This document shows positions 48,489-60,475 of a stretch of 64,000 nucleotides of DNA, in pieces. The notes beneath the pieces were generated by a model, which was not told where the DNA came from, did no database searches, and saw nothing but the letters and a program-made list of their open reading frames with translations. Every line of letters begins with the position of its first letter. Position 1 is the first letter of the stretch. The DNA is from Massalongia carnosa (lineage: Eukaryota): the NCBI GenBank assembly GCA_965645245.1, contig OZ287079.1:1054001-1118000 (forward strand), in the 5' to 3' direction. The position numbers were made by a program, and so were the translations under genes.

Positions 48489-50349
48489 TTAACCAGCATG
48501 CTCCACAATCTCGCTCACAAGCAGCCCATCTCGAACCACGCTCCGTAATTGCTCCGGCAACGCCCTCTCCACATAATCGTCCTCGTCGGTCCTGCCGGGT
48601 AAGTTGACATTCACTCCCGTGCACTTACTCGTGAACACCTCCGTCGCCAAACTCTCGCGGCTCAGATAAATTGCCGCGCCATCCACCTGATCCAGCATAA
48701 CGGTGGGAAGCGTGCCGAGAACCTGCAGCTCGAACTTGGGAGACTTGATCACATCGACTGCCGAGACGAGGGAGTCAATGACGAGCGAGACTTGCGTGCA
48801 GTTGTCCAGCGAGATGGCGTTCGCCTTGCCGATGATGCGGATCGTGGTTTTGGTGCAGCGGGATATGAGAATGGAGTGAGAGATGGCCGCTCGGATTTCG
48901 AGCACGCCCTCCGCAGGGCTATCAAAATTCTCGACAATCCATTTGTTTCCATCAAGGTCTTTGCGCGCGGGCTTCTTGGCACGGAGGCCTTCCGGCTTAG
49001 GCTTTTTGTTGGGGTGTGGAGATTTCCCTATTGAGGAAGCGCTGGTTTGCGAGTCGGAGCGGGATGGGACAGGTACGTTAGCGCGAAGGGATGGGTTTTT
49101 ATGCGTTTGCGAGGATGGAGACACCTTTCGTAGGTGAGAGGTGACGGACTCGCCTTTCGAGAGTTGATCAAATACCGCGCCCATGTCTGAAGCTCCGCCT
49201 TTAGAGGAGCTGCTGGAGACACCGTTTGAGGGCATGGGAGGTGGCGGCGGAGCATTTTTGTCGAATGATGGGAGAGGTGGAGGAGGCGGTGGAGCAGGAC
49301 CAGAGGAAGCTCCTGATGGGGCGGATGACTTTGGATTCGATTGACCGGACTGTACTTCTCGAAGAGCTTCCTGAGGATCGATGCCGCTCCGATTATTCCA
49401 GGTCACACCGGTAGGGTAGTGTTGTTTGACGTAGGCGCCAAGGCATTTGAAAATATGATAGAAGGCTTGTACCCATTCAACGTGGGCGCGGTCCCTGAAG
49501 GCACAATTAATCATGTCTACGAGCGGTAAATTTAGAGAAACCCTACTTTTCCTTGTATTCGTTAATCACTCGGTTACCGTGATACTGAGCACTTGCCAAT
49601 ATGTCTTGAATGTATACCACCGGCTTGGGATCTATTGTAATCCACCCAAGCACAGCGATACCCTCAGAAACAGTCGTTAAATGGTTGAACACAGGTGATC
49701 CGCGATTCGCTTCTCTGATATCGTTTACTGAGCCCATTGTCGACTGTAGTTCTTTCAGTATCTCCATATACGCAGGCGATTGAATATCCGGCTTCTTCGC
49801 CTTCGTAGTGACTACAAGAAACTTGCGTTGGGCTTCGAAGGCTCGAAGTACGGCTGTAGACTGAATGGAGAGACGTCAGCTTGATGTGAGAGCCAGTTTC
49901 ATAATCTGACCTGCTCTGCCACAAGACCCCCTATATCTTCTCCCATGCTGACAAAGTTCTGCACGTCCCCACTGATCATGAGGTCAAAATCGTCAATAGC
50001 TGGAGGAAGAGGTTCTGGGATGGGCTCAGGAGAGGCAGCAGCTCCTCGTAGCTGGTCTGTTCCACCCGCCGCGGCAAGACCAGCTCCTTCAATAGCCGCA
50101 ACTCCATTCGTCGATCCTGCAACGTTGCCAAGGTTTGGGCCGATCATATTCTCCAGCAAGCAGGTTGCGGCTTCAAGCCTGAGCACGAGAATTAGCAACT
50201 TTTCAAGGTCAGGAAGTCTAGGCATGTTGGACTAGAATTTATATAAATCACGTATATGATCCCAAAATCAGAACAGGCTATGAAATTTAAAAGGAGACCG
50301 GAGAGGCATACCGCTTGACAAGAGCCATCAGGTTATTATTGGCGGCCAT
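48489..50349 (-). CDS. SRV2: Adenylyl cyclase-associated protein (CAP), multi-exon
   Basis: MAANNNLMALVKR|LEAAT, FNHLTTVSEG, polyproline tract, WH2 (LRKV), CARP domain GNKWIVENF...GKANAISLDNC, C-terminus SEIVEHAG. Confidence 0.95.
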
Positions 50350-50840
50350 GTTGGGCAGGAGCTACGCTTGGTATGCAGTGCACTTGCTAGATTAAAGTCG
50401 GAGCAAAAATTATATAGTAGGGATGATAAGTTCAGTAAGCCTTTGTCTCGTTTTCGTCGTCTTCAATTGTCAGCTATTCAAATTTTGAGGAAGTAGTGTT
50501 TTATAGGTATACTTTAAGCATTGACTTAACTATCCCTATAGAATATAGCGATTAGTCATCCAAAATGCCAAGACATCGAAGATCAGAGCCAATTCATGGG
50601 TATGGCGATGGGAATGTGAACGACAAGGACGTCTGCAATGGAGCCATTGGAGCCGATCACGGATCAAAAAGAGCGAGGAGATGTCAGAGAGTCAAGAAAA
50701 CCTCGCTTATCACGCTCTTCAATAAGAGAGAACCGGTTGACGTTGTACGCATGCTACAGAACTTGAAGCTTAAGGACCGACACGAAGTAGTAAAGAGGTT
50801 TGCCAGGGAGCTACGTAAGCCAGGATCAGGAGTAACAACA

Positions 50841-52189
50841 ATGGATTTCTGTACACTAGGCATGCTGATTCTAGGTGAGTGGAATGAGGCTTGCCATATC
50901 GCTTGAACACAGCACTGAAAGTGTAAGATGACATATACCATCCGCCGCCGCGAATGCCAGATTTCAATGTCTTGGGAGGAGTAAATCTCCAAACGCCCCT
51001 CTGATTGTATGAAGCTCATCTTGCATGCAAGGCCGGGACTTATGCCGCTCTTGGGGCTCGGCTATTTCGTCAACCGCCATCGTCAGAGCTGGTTGGCTGG
51101 GTGGTACATAAAGGAATGGACTTTTCAACGCAGATGACCGAAGAAGTTGCATCATGGACGACTGATTGCAGAGTCGTCGAGACTCCAAATCGCCTAACAA
51201 CACGCGGCATTAATATATACAACAAGGAAGGAGATCGAGGTGAATGCCGCCTTTCATCCTCCCGCACCATTCCTGAGCTTACCAAATTGATAATGAAAGA
51301 CTTTGAATTTGTGACTCCGAAAATTCACGTGGACCAGTATTCGCTTAGTCCAGGGCTCTTAACCTCGAAAACCTATCATCTAAATTGCAGCCCGGCACGT
51401 TGCATAGACCTTGTAAAGGGGATTTTAGAGCTGCGCGATGCGCTGCCAACGAAAGAAGACTCTTTCGTTACACTTATGAAGCGGCCGATCTTCGTGTGGG
51501 AGCCCTTACCAGCTTCTTGTACGCCAAGCGAACTTCCGCGATGCTATGAAGCTCTCAAATACGTTGATGTAGTCAGTCCAAACCTAGTAGAGTTGTTTCG
51601 ATTCTTCGACCCAGGCGATGAGATAGAGATAACCGGTGACAAACTAAGGGACAGGTGCAACCGGCTTTTGACGCTGGGCTTTGGCAACAAACCCTGCGCT
51701 GTGGTGGTCCGGCTTGGCGAAGCTGGTTGCTGTGTCGCCCAAATGATGCGTCACACGATGATGCCGGCGTATCACAAATCTCAATGGGAGATAAGTGATG
51801 AAGAGCTCAAGACTTGGACAGACAAAACGGTCGATCTGACCGGAGCAGGCAATGCGTTTTTAGGAGGGTACTGCATTGGACTGCTTAACGATCCGCACCC
51901 CCAGGGTTGGACGGAGTTCGAAGCCGCAGCAATATATGGTTCTGTTGCTGCTAGCTTCGCAATTGAACAGGTGGGTATGCCTCGATTGAGCTATCATGAG
52001 GGTACTAAACAAGAGCTGTGGAACGGCGAGGTCGTTCGTGATAGATTGAATGCATTTGAGAAGGAGCTTAAACTTTCCAGACTTCCAGAGTCAAAGCTTC
52101 AACGCGCTTCGTTGTATGAAACATGCCAAAGGCTTCCCGACCTAATAGAGCAAACTTATACTAGATCGATCAGAAAGAACGAAAACTGA
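50841..52189 (+). CDS. PfkB-family carbohydrate kinase (MAK32-like)
   Basis: MDFCTLGMLIL, FVWEPLP, VDVVSPNLVE, VDLTGAGNAFLGG, AASFAIEQVGMP. The frame is open upstream to ATG 50565, so the start is uncertain. Confidence 0.85.
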
Positions 52190-52376
52190 AGAGGAAATGA
52201 AACGGAAATATTGGCACGTAAAGAGCACACGACTGGCCGGGTAGTGTTGGCAATAGCCCTCTCTGGCCCAATGGAAATTCACGTGTGCATTTGAAGCAAG
52301 CGATTACACTGTAGATAGCTTCATCATTGGTGTTCAAACCCATACGCCTGCAATGCATTAATGAGATTTCGTCCCC

Positions 52377-52813
52377 CTATCGCTGCTCTTTCGCTATTCG
52401 CTCATGCTCTATGATTTGCTTGCTCCACCTACCACACATCGAGTCAGAGCTCAAGGTCATTTGATTCTATAGAGAAGGTATTCTACTGACCATCGACTTG
52501 GAAAGAAACGACCTTCCTCAGGAAACCTAGTCCGTACCTCCCTATCCGCACTTATCCCCCATACCATGGCCGTAATCCCAACCATAACCACCATTACCAC
52601 GGCCGTGTTTGCTTTCCAATTGGCTGGCTGGGCATACCACCCTCCGGATGGTGACCAGATATGTTTGGGGTACCTGAACGATCCTTAGCCAGTTTTGCTG
52701 ACCTAGCGACGGTCGAGCCATTGATCCTGTTCTTACGGTATTTTCCCACCGGAAGAATGTGGAATAGCGGCTCCCTTTGATTGTGCGGCCTTAATTGACT
52801 GATCACCTTCCAT
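52377..52813 (-). CDS. 103-aa single-TM protein, probable complex I accessory subunit (NUUM-like); absent from the ORF track
   Basis: Exons 52813-52737, 52673-52491 and 52428-52377 with GT..AG introns total 312 nt and give MEGDQSIKAAQSKGAAIPHSSGGKIPYPKHIWSPSGGWYAQPANWKANTAVVMVVMVGITAMVWGISADREVRTRFPEEGRFFPSRWWSKQIIEHERIAKEQR. Confidence 0.85.
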
Positions 52814-53090
52814 GATTATGATGAGGATGATACCGTGTTTGTGACAGAACGGTCGAGGAGTTGAAGGTTGTGGTTCGGTCGACTAGTGTGTCTTGGCACT
52901 AGCAGCAAATTCCTGCATGTTATAACTTTAGAACGGGCCTGTGTCCAAGGTCGAAAAAAGATTTCAAGCTCCAACGACCTTCACATAATCTGGCATTAGG
53001 CAATCAATTTAACGGACCCTTCAATCGAGAATTTACGGCTGGCTTGGGGAGAGGGTAGTGATAAAGGTGCAAAATTCTCAGCATCTCCTT

Positions 53091-54317
53091 ATGAAAGCAT
53101 TCCGCCTCCTGCGATGGAGCGGCTCACTCCTCTCTCCCCGAATAAGACCATGCTGCTTGCACAACCAGTTTTCTCTCTGTATCCGCCTTCAATCCACCGC
53201 CACAGCATCAATGATACAACCACAACATTCGCCCAATAACATTTCCTCACCACCTCTCGACCCTCCTCCCCAGGTGGACCTCCGCACCCTCCCTTCTCCT
53301 CCCCCTTCTCTCGCCGCCTCGTCAGCTAAACTCTCCGCCCTCCACGCCCGTCTTTCTCTCCCTCAGCGCCTTCCAATCGAAACCCTAGCCCGCTGCCTCA
53401 TCGATCCCTCCGCCGACCCTGATCCTACCTTTAACAATGCCTCCCTCACCATCCTCGGCGGTGACCTTGTCGCCTACCACACCGCTGAACTGATCCTTTG
53501 CCGCTATCCCCGCCTGCCATCGGAGGTAGTCTTCGCTGCTATGAGAGCCTATTGCGGCTCCAAAGCCATTGCGGCCATCGCTCGCGAATGGGGTGTCGAA
53601 GTCGCCGCCGAGCCGGGTGGCGAGGTGGATAGCGGATACCTCCAGTGCAAACGGCGCGAGCCGGGCAACGCCGAGGCCTCAACCGCGCCAGGGATGTGGG
53701 TCAAAGAGCTAGGGGAGGAAACACACTACTTTCGGACGTGGCGACGAGGCGCCAGCAGTCGCGCTATCCTAGACGACGAGTTCGAAATTCCGACTGGCTC
53801 TAAAGTTCACAACCCTGCCGCCAAGCAGGAAGCCAACATGATGCTCGAGACCACGGGCGTGACGGTTGAGCAAGCGTGCGCGCAGTTCGTGCGCGCGCTC
53901 ACTGGAGCCATGTACCTGCACGCGGGCAAACGAGCCGCCAAGATGTTCGTCAAGGAGCACGTGCTCTCGCGGCGCCTGGACGTGGGCCGCATGTTCGAGT
54001 TCAAGCAGCCAACGCGCGATTTGAGCCGGCTGTGCGCCCGCGAAGGCTTCCCCAGCCCCGTCGCGCGCATCTTGTCCGAGACGGGTCGGCGCAGTCGGCA
54101 TCCCGTCTTCGTGGTCGGCGTTTTTGCCGGCAAGGACAAGCTGGGAGAAGGCGCGGGGTCAAGTTTGGACGAGGCGAGGATTCGGGCGTCGGTGGGGGCG
54201 TTAAAGGGGTGGTATTTGTACAGTCCGTTGGGTAGCAGGGTGCCCAGTGATGCCGAGGGACCCGATGCCAAGCCGTGGGAGGCGGTGCTGGTAGATGGGG
54301 GGGAGGTTATTGTATAA
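53091..54317 (+). CDS. MRPL3: Mitochondrial large-subunit ribosomal protein mL44 (RNase III-like + dsRBD)
   Basis: SAKLSALHARLSLP, LCRYPRLP, QPTRDLSRLCAREGF, SETGRRSRHPVFVVGVFAGKDKLGEGAGSSL. Confidence 0.93.
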   Translation: MKAFRLLRWSGSLLSPRIRPCCLHNQFSLCIRLQSTATASMIQPQHSPNNISSPPLDPPPQVDLRTLPSPPPSLAASSAKLSALHARLSLPQRLPIETLARCLIDPSADPDPTFNNASLTILGGDLVAYHTAELILCRYPRLPSEVVFAAMRAYCGSKAIAAIAREWGVEVAAEPGGEVDSGYLQCKRREPGNAEASTAPGMWVKELGEETHYFRTWRRGASSRAILDDEFEIPTGSKVHNPAAKQEANMMLETTGVTVEQACAQFVRALTGAMYLHAGKRAAKMFVKEHVLSRRLDVGRMFEFKQPTRDLSRLCAREGFPSPVARILSETGRRSRHPVFVVGVFAGKDKLGEGAGSSLDEARIRASVGALKGWYLYSPLGSRVPSDAEGPDAKPWEAVLVDGGEVIV

Positions 54318-55911
54318 GTAAGTTCGGAAGGGGGGGTGGAGAGGTTAACTAAGAGCGGCAGGTGGCGGGTTGCCAGCAAAACGCTTCAGAATGGACGGAC
54401 GGACGGATGGATAAGCCATGCCCTAGGAATAAGAAGTACCGCGAAAGCGGCAGAATTTCGTTTGGGGGGGAACAGGGGTGGGTGCTGAACAACCCATACC
54501 TGCAGAGATAGAGCTCGATCTATCAAGGCCCCAGCGAAACCCCGAACGAAAATCCTTCCGACCTATCTATATCCCTTTCCGCTCACTCATCGGCTCTCTT
54601 TATTTGATTCCCCCAATCTCCTTATCTATTTCACCTACCGTCTATTTAGCATTCATTCATTCATCCATCCCCTCCCCCCCTCCCCTTTTCGCCCGCCTGC
54701 CCAATTCAACCACCCCTAACCCCCTGTTACCTACTCATCTACCTACATCCATCCCATCTATCCATCCATCCCTATTCATCTTCCCCCCTACTCCACCCCA
54801 TCAACCCAAGCGTACCATCGCGCCACCAAACAAACGAATACCTAGATATATTGCCCCTATCTCTTAATTTCTTAATCTACCTATTCCCCTTTCCAAGAAG
54901 CAGACGATGGGTGGTAGGTAGATGGAGGGGGGGGGGGGTTGAAGAGAGGGTTGGAAGGGAGGAGAAGGGGGGTGGGGTGAGTTTAGTGTGTGTGGATTAG
55001 ATAGATGGCTAGATAGCTAGGTTATAAATGTAAAATATAGCTCGTGAATAACCTATCCTCCACCCCTCTACCCCTTTCTCCAACAACCCAGCAAAGCAAG
55101 CATACCGCAAAAAGTCCCAACCAAGCCGCGATCTGCCTCGCCCCTCTCCCCCCTTTTCTAGATACCCCTCTACGCTTCCTCCGCTGCTCTGGCCAAGCTA
55201 GTGCTCTTGGATCGAAATCCCCGCCATATCCCGTTCGGAATCTGAAAAGAAAAATAAACTCGAAAATTAGAGTTGGGACTTAGAAGGTTTTCCTAGAGGG
55301 TAAACACTGCTAGGTGTGTTTGCTCCCTCATGATTTCCAGTGATTGATCGGCCCACCCGGCGGGGATTCAATAGGAGATAGGGTGTATTCTTAAAGGAGA
55401 GGAGGAGAGGGGGGGGGGGGGGAGGGGTTGTGTTTGTGTTGGTTAAGAGGTTTGCGGAAAGCTTATGAGATGGTGTTACGTGTAGGTTGGTGTTGTTGGT
55501 AGGGTGGTGGGGATATGTGGATAGAGAGCTCGATGCTAATAAAATATGAGATAATATTTGTTGCTCAACAGATTCCACGCTGCTGGCTAGGGAATCTAGG
55601 TTCTGGTATATGAGGATCAAAGATACAAAATGGCGGACTATTAGGTCCTGTTATCCTAGGCTGATTTCCTATCGCATGGATGTCCAGGGTATAGTCTGGG
55701 GAACAGAGGAGAAGTTTTTATAAAATTTCCGACGAGACGCGAGTATAGTATGGTGAGGCTGAGTCTTCTTGTTAGAGGAACAGAAATTTTGTCCAGAGAC
55801 GGCAAATAACTCGGATTTGATTCGTGAAAGGTGATCAAGGCTGTTGTACCAGCTCACAACCCTTTTGGAGAAACCCTCAGCTTCCCTCACGCAGCATACG
55901 CATCCATTTCC

Positions 55912-57664
55912 TTAGAACTTCTTCACGCCGTTGACAGTTCCATCCACAGAACCCAGTCGTACATCACCGATGCTTTTCGTATCCGGTTCGACTTGCGGTT
56001 CACTTTGCAAACCGGAAAGGCTGGGTTTCGCGCTACTGAAGCTTGGTAATGCGAAGTCTGAGACTTCCGACTCAGGTGGACCAGACGAATCCGAATCATG
56101 TGGAATATGATCCTCGCCTTCGGGACCATGGGCCTTGACACCGATAACCGTGTCGTCATCCGCTTTGACGGATGGCGCGCTAGCAAGACTGCTCGCTTTG
56201 CTGACGTTTACGCTAGCGGGGCTGGCGGTGCGGAGACCTAAGTCTTTCCCCAGCATCGGATTTGCGCCTCTCCAGTCCGCGGCGGGGGTCTGCGACACCG
56301 GCTGTCCGACTTCGGGTTCCGTGATGATTTGCGTCGCGCCTGCATTGCCTTTCGAGTCGACAAGAGCACGCCACACCACGGCCAGACGGTCGAGGGATCG
56401 GATGCCTTTGCGAGCGCTGCCGCGAATGCCATCCATGGCATCCCATTCGATTTCGAAGACGCCGTCGGAGGTTGCGTTGCCGTGATTTTCCGGGCCGCGG
56501 CCTTCGAAAAAGGTATTGAACCATACATGAGCGACGGATGTTACCATGGTCCATCCGTAGGCGGCTTTGTTACGGCGTTCGAAGTCGATATCAATGTCGT
56601 TGGAGGGCAGGATGATTCGCGTGGATGGACGAAATATGACCGCGCTACCTCCTGACTCGTCTCCAGTATGGCTGACTGATGGGGACGAGATTTGCTTGCC
56701 GGATTTTGCATCAGCATTGGCTGGATTTGGGTCAACATCTTTGGACGATGATTCTTGGGTGGGCAAGGGCTTTTCCTCGGTCAATCTCAAGAAGCTGGCC
56801 GAAGCCCCATCGGTTTGGGGAATGCTATCAACTACTATTCTTTCATCCTTTCCGAATACGTGGAATGTCTTGATCGTCCGACCCTCGTCGATGTACCCGT
56901 TGATCCCTACTTTCACTCCTTCCTTGAGTCCCCAGACGTGGAGTTCCAGCACTTCGACCTGCCTCTCCACGTATAGTTTCCTGTGCTTTGTCCACTTATC
57001 CACATAGCCAACCCATCTCAATTGACTCGGAATGCTGACTCCTGCGCCGAAGCCCGATCGCATCCTCCTTTCCGTAAACCTCGTCAATGCGTCCTCCACA
57101 GTCCAGCCCTCTTCGCTGATGAGATAGCTACATGCCACGGTCCCGCTCCTCCCTTTTCCAGCCTTACAATGCACAATCACCACCCTTTCCTTGTTGGCGT
57201 CTGGACCTTTAAGCCAATCCCGCATGCTAGCCATCATGTTGGGTATGAGCGCAAAAGGGGGTGGGTGATGATCTGGCCAGGGGTAATGGCGTATTCGACC
57301 ATAAACCTCGGAGTCTGGATAACCCGTACCCTCTGCACGAAACTCCCATATCGACCAGTCTTTGCCATGTGTGCTGTCAAGGAATTTGACGAGACCATCG
57401 GTTGGATTGCGGTAGGCTCGCTTGGGATAGGTAGAGGATGGGCCGGACGTCACAATGACTATGAGCCGACATTGTTAACGAATCTGCTGAGCGTTGTTAC
57501 AGGCATTTAAGGTTGTAAGAAGCTCACTGTTATCGGTGACATAACAGAGGTCCAGACCGGTTTCTGAGTGCCGTGAGCGCGGTCCTGCAACAATTTGGCG
57601 GAGGAATGAAGCCTGAATAGGTTCATCAGGTTCCTGGTCTATTTGATAACATGGCACGTACCAT
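55912..57664 (-). CDS. TEP1: PTEN-like phosphoinositide 3-phosphatase
   Basis: ATG-only first coding exon (57664-57662), ASFLRQIVAGPR...LDLCYVTDN, WPDHHPPP, P-loop HCKAGKGRSG, IPSQLRWVGY. Confidence 0.94.
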
Positions 57665-57975
57665 GCTTCCCGACGATCTTCAGCAGGCCTTGTTGTCCAT
57701 AGCAGACAAGAAAGGAGGCGATTGTTTGCTGGTCTTTTTCTGTGAGGTAGATCAAGTATAAGATACAGAGTACAGAGTAGGTATATCATAATCAATTTCA
57801 ACTAGCCCTAATCCATAGTCACGCACGGTGCGCTAAACCAATCCAGGAATCCCTGTAAACATTCTTTGACTGGCTACCACGTGATTAAAATTTGCTCACT
57901 ATATACTCGCATGCGACGGGTCTCCGGTTCTTCCCGCAGGCGCAGAGAGTAAGTACCCTGGACCAGTTTGAATTA

Positions 57976-58614
57976 GAGGCAAAGACTTTTATGCCACTGT
58001 TGGCGTCCGCTAGCCAGACATGCCATGCACGGACTTTTATGCCATCGTTTACTCCACAATTCAATTTCATCAATCATATAAAGGTAGTTAACGAAGCCTC
58101 GTTCACCTCACTATCGAAATAGCAGTAGTAAACAAAGCTATCATCGACCTCATCGTTCTCACCGCCTTCAAAATCAGGCTCGATTGAACAAAGTCTTCGT
58201 TTCACCGTCTTGATTGCCTTCATCATCAAACCCCAATTTATAGTAGCAAAAAAGCCTTCTTCTCGTCGCATTCACTGCTGAAAAGAAAGTGGTACAAAAT
58301 GAGATCTCGATGAAGAATATCATATAAAAGTGGCTTGTTCAGACGCAACGAATGAAGAGAGAGAGATACTGAAACGGTAGGGACGGCGCAGGATTGCTCG
58401 GACAGTGAAGAGGGGGCTCCTAACATTAGAACTTGCTGATTTCGAGAGGTGAATATGAATCAGTCAATGATTGTTTAGAGTGTCGCTGAGGGGCCGGATG
58501 AAGACTGATAATGTGTTTACATCATGATGGGGTAGGTAAACGATGGCATAAAAGTCCATGTATGGCATCTCTAGCTAGCGGACGCCAACAGTGTGGCATA
58601 AAAGTCTTTGCCTC
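57976..58614. mobile_element. Non-autonomous element with ~78-bp TIRs (Mutator-like MITE candidate)
   Basis: 57976-58052 (GAGGCAAAGACTTTTATGCCACTGTTGGCGTCCGCTAGC...GACTTTTATGCCATCGTTTAC) is an inverted copy of 58536-58614 with a few substitutions and a 2-bp indel. Confidence 0.85.
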
Positions 58615-58745
58615 ATCTGAGTACTCTGTACATAGTACAGAATACCTATGCGACCGGGTAATTCCAGCCCATAGATCCATTGCCACCCCATTTCACCAGC
58701 CATATAGCTTATCAATCACTCAAACCGCTACCTCAACCTGTGGTC

Positions 58746-59654
58746 ATGTCTATTACTGCTTCGGAGCCTACCCCTTCCGTTCTCCCAGTCCGCCCCTTGT
58801 CTAGACCAACTTCGCCGTCTCGCTCAAATCAAGCAACCACCCGTCCTCACCCCACACCAGCTTTTCCAACGATCAAACTCCGGCTCAAGGTAACAGATCT
58901 CAATCATCCGGCGGCCACAGTGTTCTTTGACAACTGCAATGCTTCCATCATCCTTGCTTCCGCCGTCGACACTGTCCTTACCACTCTCTACAAGCCCACC
59001 CCCACGAATTCCCACATACCTCCAACCCGCTCGGTTACTCTAGTTCTCCGTTCCATGCCAGGTGTTGCCTACACCACTGGCTCAGCCCTCGATGATGACC
59101 ATAAAGAAATTCACTTTTCGTTAGACTATATCAAGGATCACATCCCAGCCGACCCCCCAAATCGCCAACATGATGAAATTAAAGGAGTTTTGGTGCATGA
59201 GATGGTACACTGCTGGCAGTGGAATGCACTTGGGACGGCTCCAGGAGGGTTGATTGAGGGAATAGCGGATTTTGTAAGACTGAAGGCTGGTCTGAGCCCA
59301 CCACATTGGAAAAAGGAACAAGGAGGGGACTGGGATGCAGGGTATCAGCATACAGCATATTTCCTTCAATGGTTGGAAGATTGTTGCGGAGAAGGAACTG
59401 TTAGAAAGATCAATGGAAGGCTTAAGGAGGAGAAATATGATGAGGAAGAATTCTGGAACCGCTTGTTTGGGGAAAATGTGGGTGAGTTGTGGGAGGAGTA
59501 CTCGGAAACACTGAGTGGGAATATAGAAGGTGAAAAGACAGCCGAGAATACCATAATGAAGAAGACGAAGAATGAGGATGATCCTGATGCCGAGCTTGTA
59601 GTAGTAATGCATAGCAAGGCCCAGCAGGCGCTTGAAAATGGAATGATTGAATGA
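58746..59654 (+). CDS. BSP (basic secretory protein / peptidase of plants and bacteria) family protein
   Basis: GVAYTTG...KEIHFSLDYI...GVLVHEMVHCWQ (HExxH)...GLIEGIADFVRL...WDAGYQHTAYFL. Confidence 0.9.
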   Translation: MSITASEPTPSVLPVRPLSRPTSPSRSNQATTRPHPTPAFPTIKLRLKVTDLNHPAATVFFDNCNASIILASAVDTVLTTLYKPTPTNSHIPPTRSVTLVLRSMPGVAYTTGSALDDDHKEIHFSLDYIKDHIPADPPNRQHDEIKGVLVHEMVHCWQWNALGTAPGGLIEGIADFVRLKAGLSPPHWKKEQGGDWDAGYQHTAYFLQWLEDCCGEGTVRKINGRLKEEKYDEEEFWNRLFGENVGELWEEYSETLSGNIEGEKTAENTIMKKTKNEDDPDAELVVVMHSKAQQALENGMIE

Positions 59655-60475
59655 ATGAATGAAGAAATTAGAGGGCTAGTTGGAGGAAGGTATTGCTTTC
59701 TGCATTGGGAACATTATCTCCCTAAAATTTTTAGCTCAACACACCGAATGCCATTTCAAGTAACTGATACCACAAGAATGACTATCAGTCTGCCTTCAGA
59801 CCATTCCAATACAACAGCCCAGTCCCAGTTCAATGACTAAAAAAGCTAGAGAGCATACCACAAATTATGGGAAGAAAAGAAGTCTCTGTGTAAGCCATAT
59901 ATTGGGTTGCAAGAAAAAGTGTATTCTCTCCCCCTATCACAACATGTAATAATGTATAGCAACAATAAATACCACTACCGAGCAAAGTTTAGTAGACAGA
60001 AGACACCTATTCATACCCTCAAGCTGTAGCATAGAATAGATTACGGTTGAAACAGAACTCGACTCAAAGTGCGTCCAAGGACATTATAGGTTTCCATTAC
60101 GTGCGCTGACGTTTTTAGCCAGGCGCGTCAAATCATTTAATCGGTACAGAGTAGAAAGGATGAGAAAAAGAGTTAGGCTATAAGAAACATGAATTATCCA
60201 TCTTCCAGGAGCCTCACGAGTTGAGTATATGACCTCTTTCTTCGTCTATCTTGAAGAGAAGAAGAGAAGAATGATGTTGAATGACGACCGACGACGACGA
60301 GACGAGGATTTCCATGTCAAGGCGCTTCAGGACTAGCGCCAAACGCGAACACTCGCATCCCAAAACCCCCCGCATACTCTGTATATGCCGCGGCCCATGA
60401 CAACCGGAAGAGCTAAAATAAAACGTAACGGTCGGTCTCCTGCATCGTGCAGCCCAAAACAATCATCTCCTCATC

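Noticed and set aside
54320..55620. ORFs in low-complexity purine/pyrimidine tracts (also 35186-35798 and 63469-63972)
   Set aside because: Composition-driven frames with no domain signal or splice structure.
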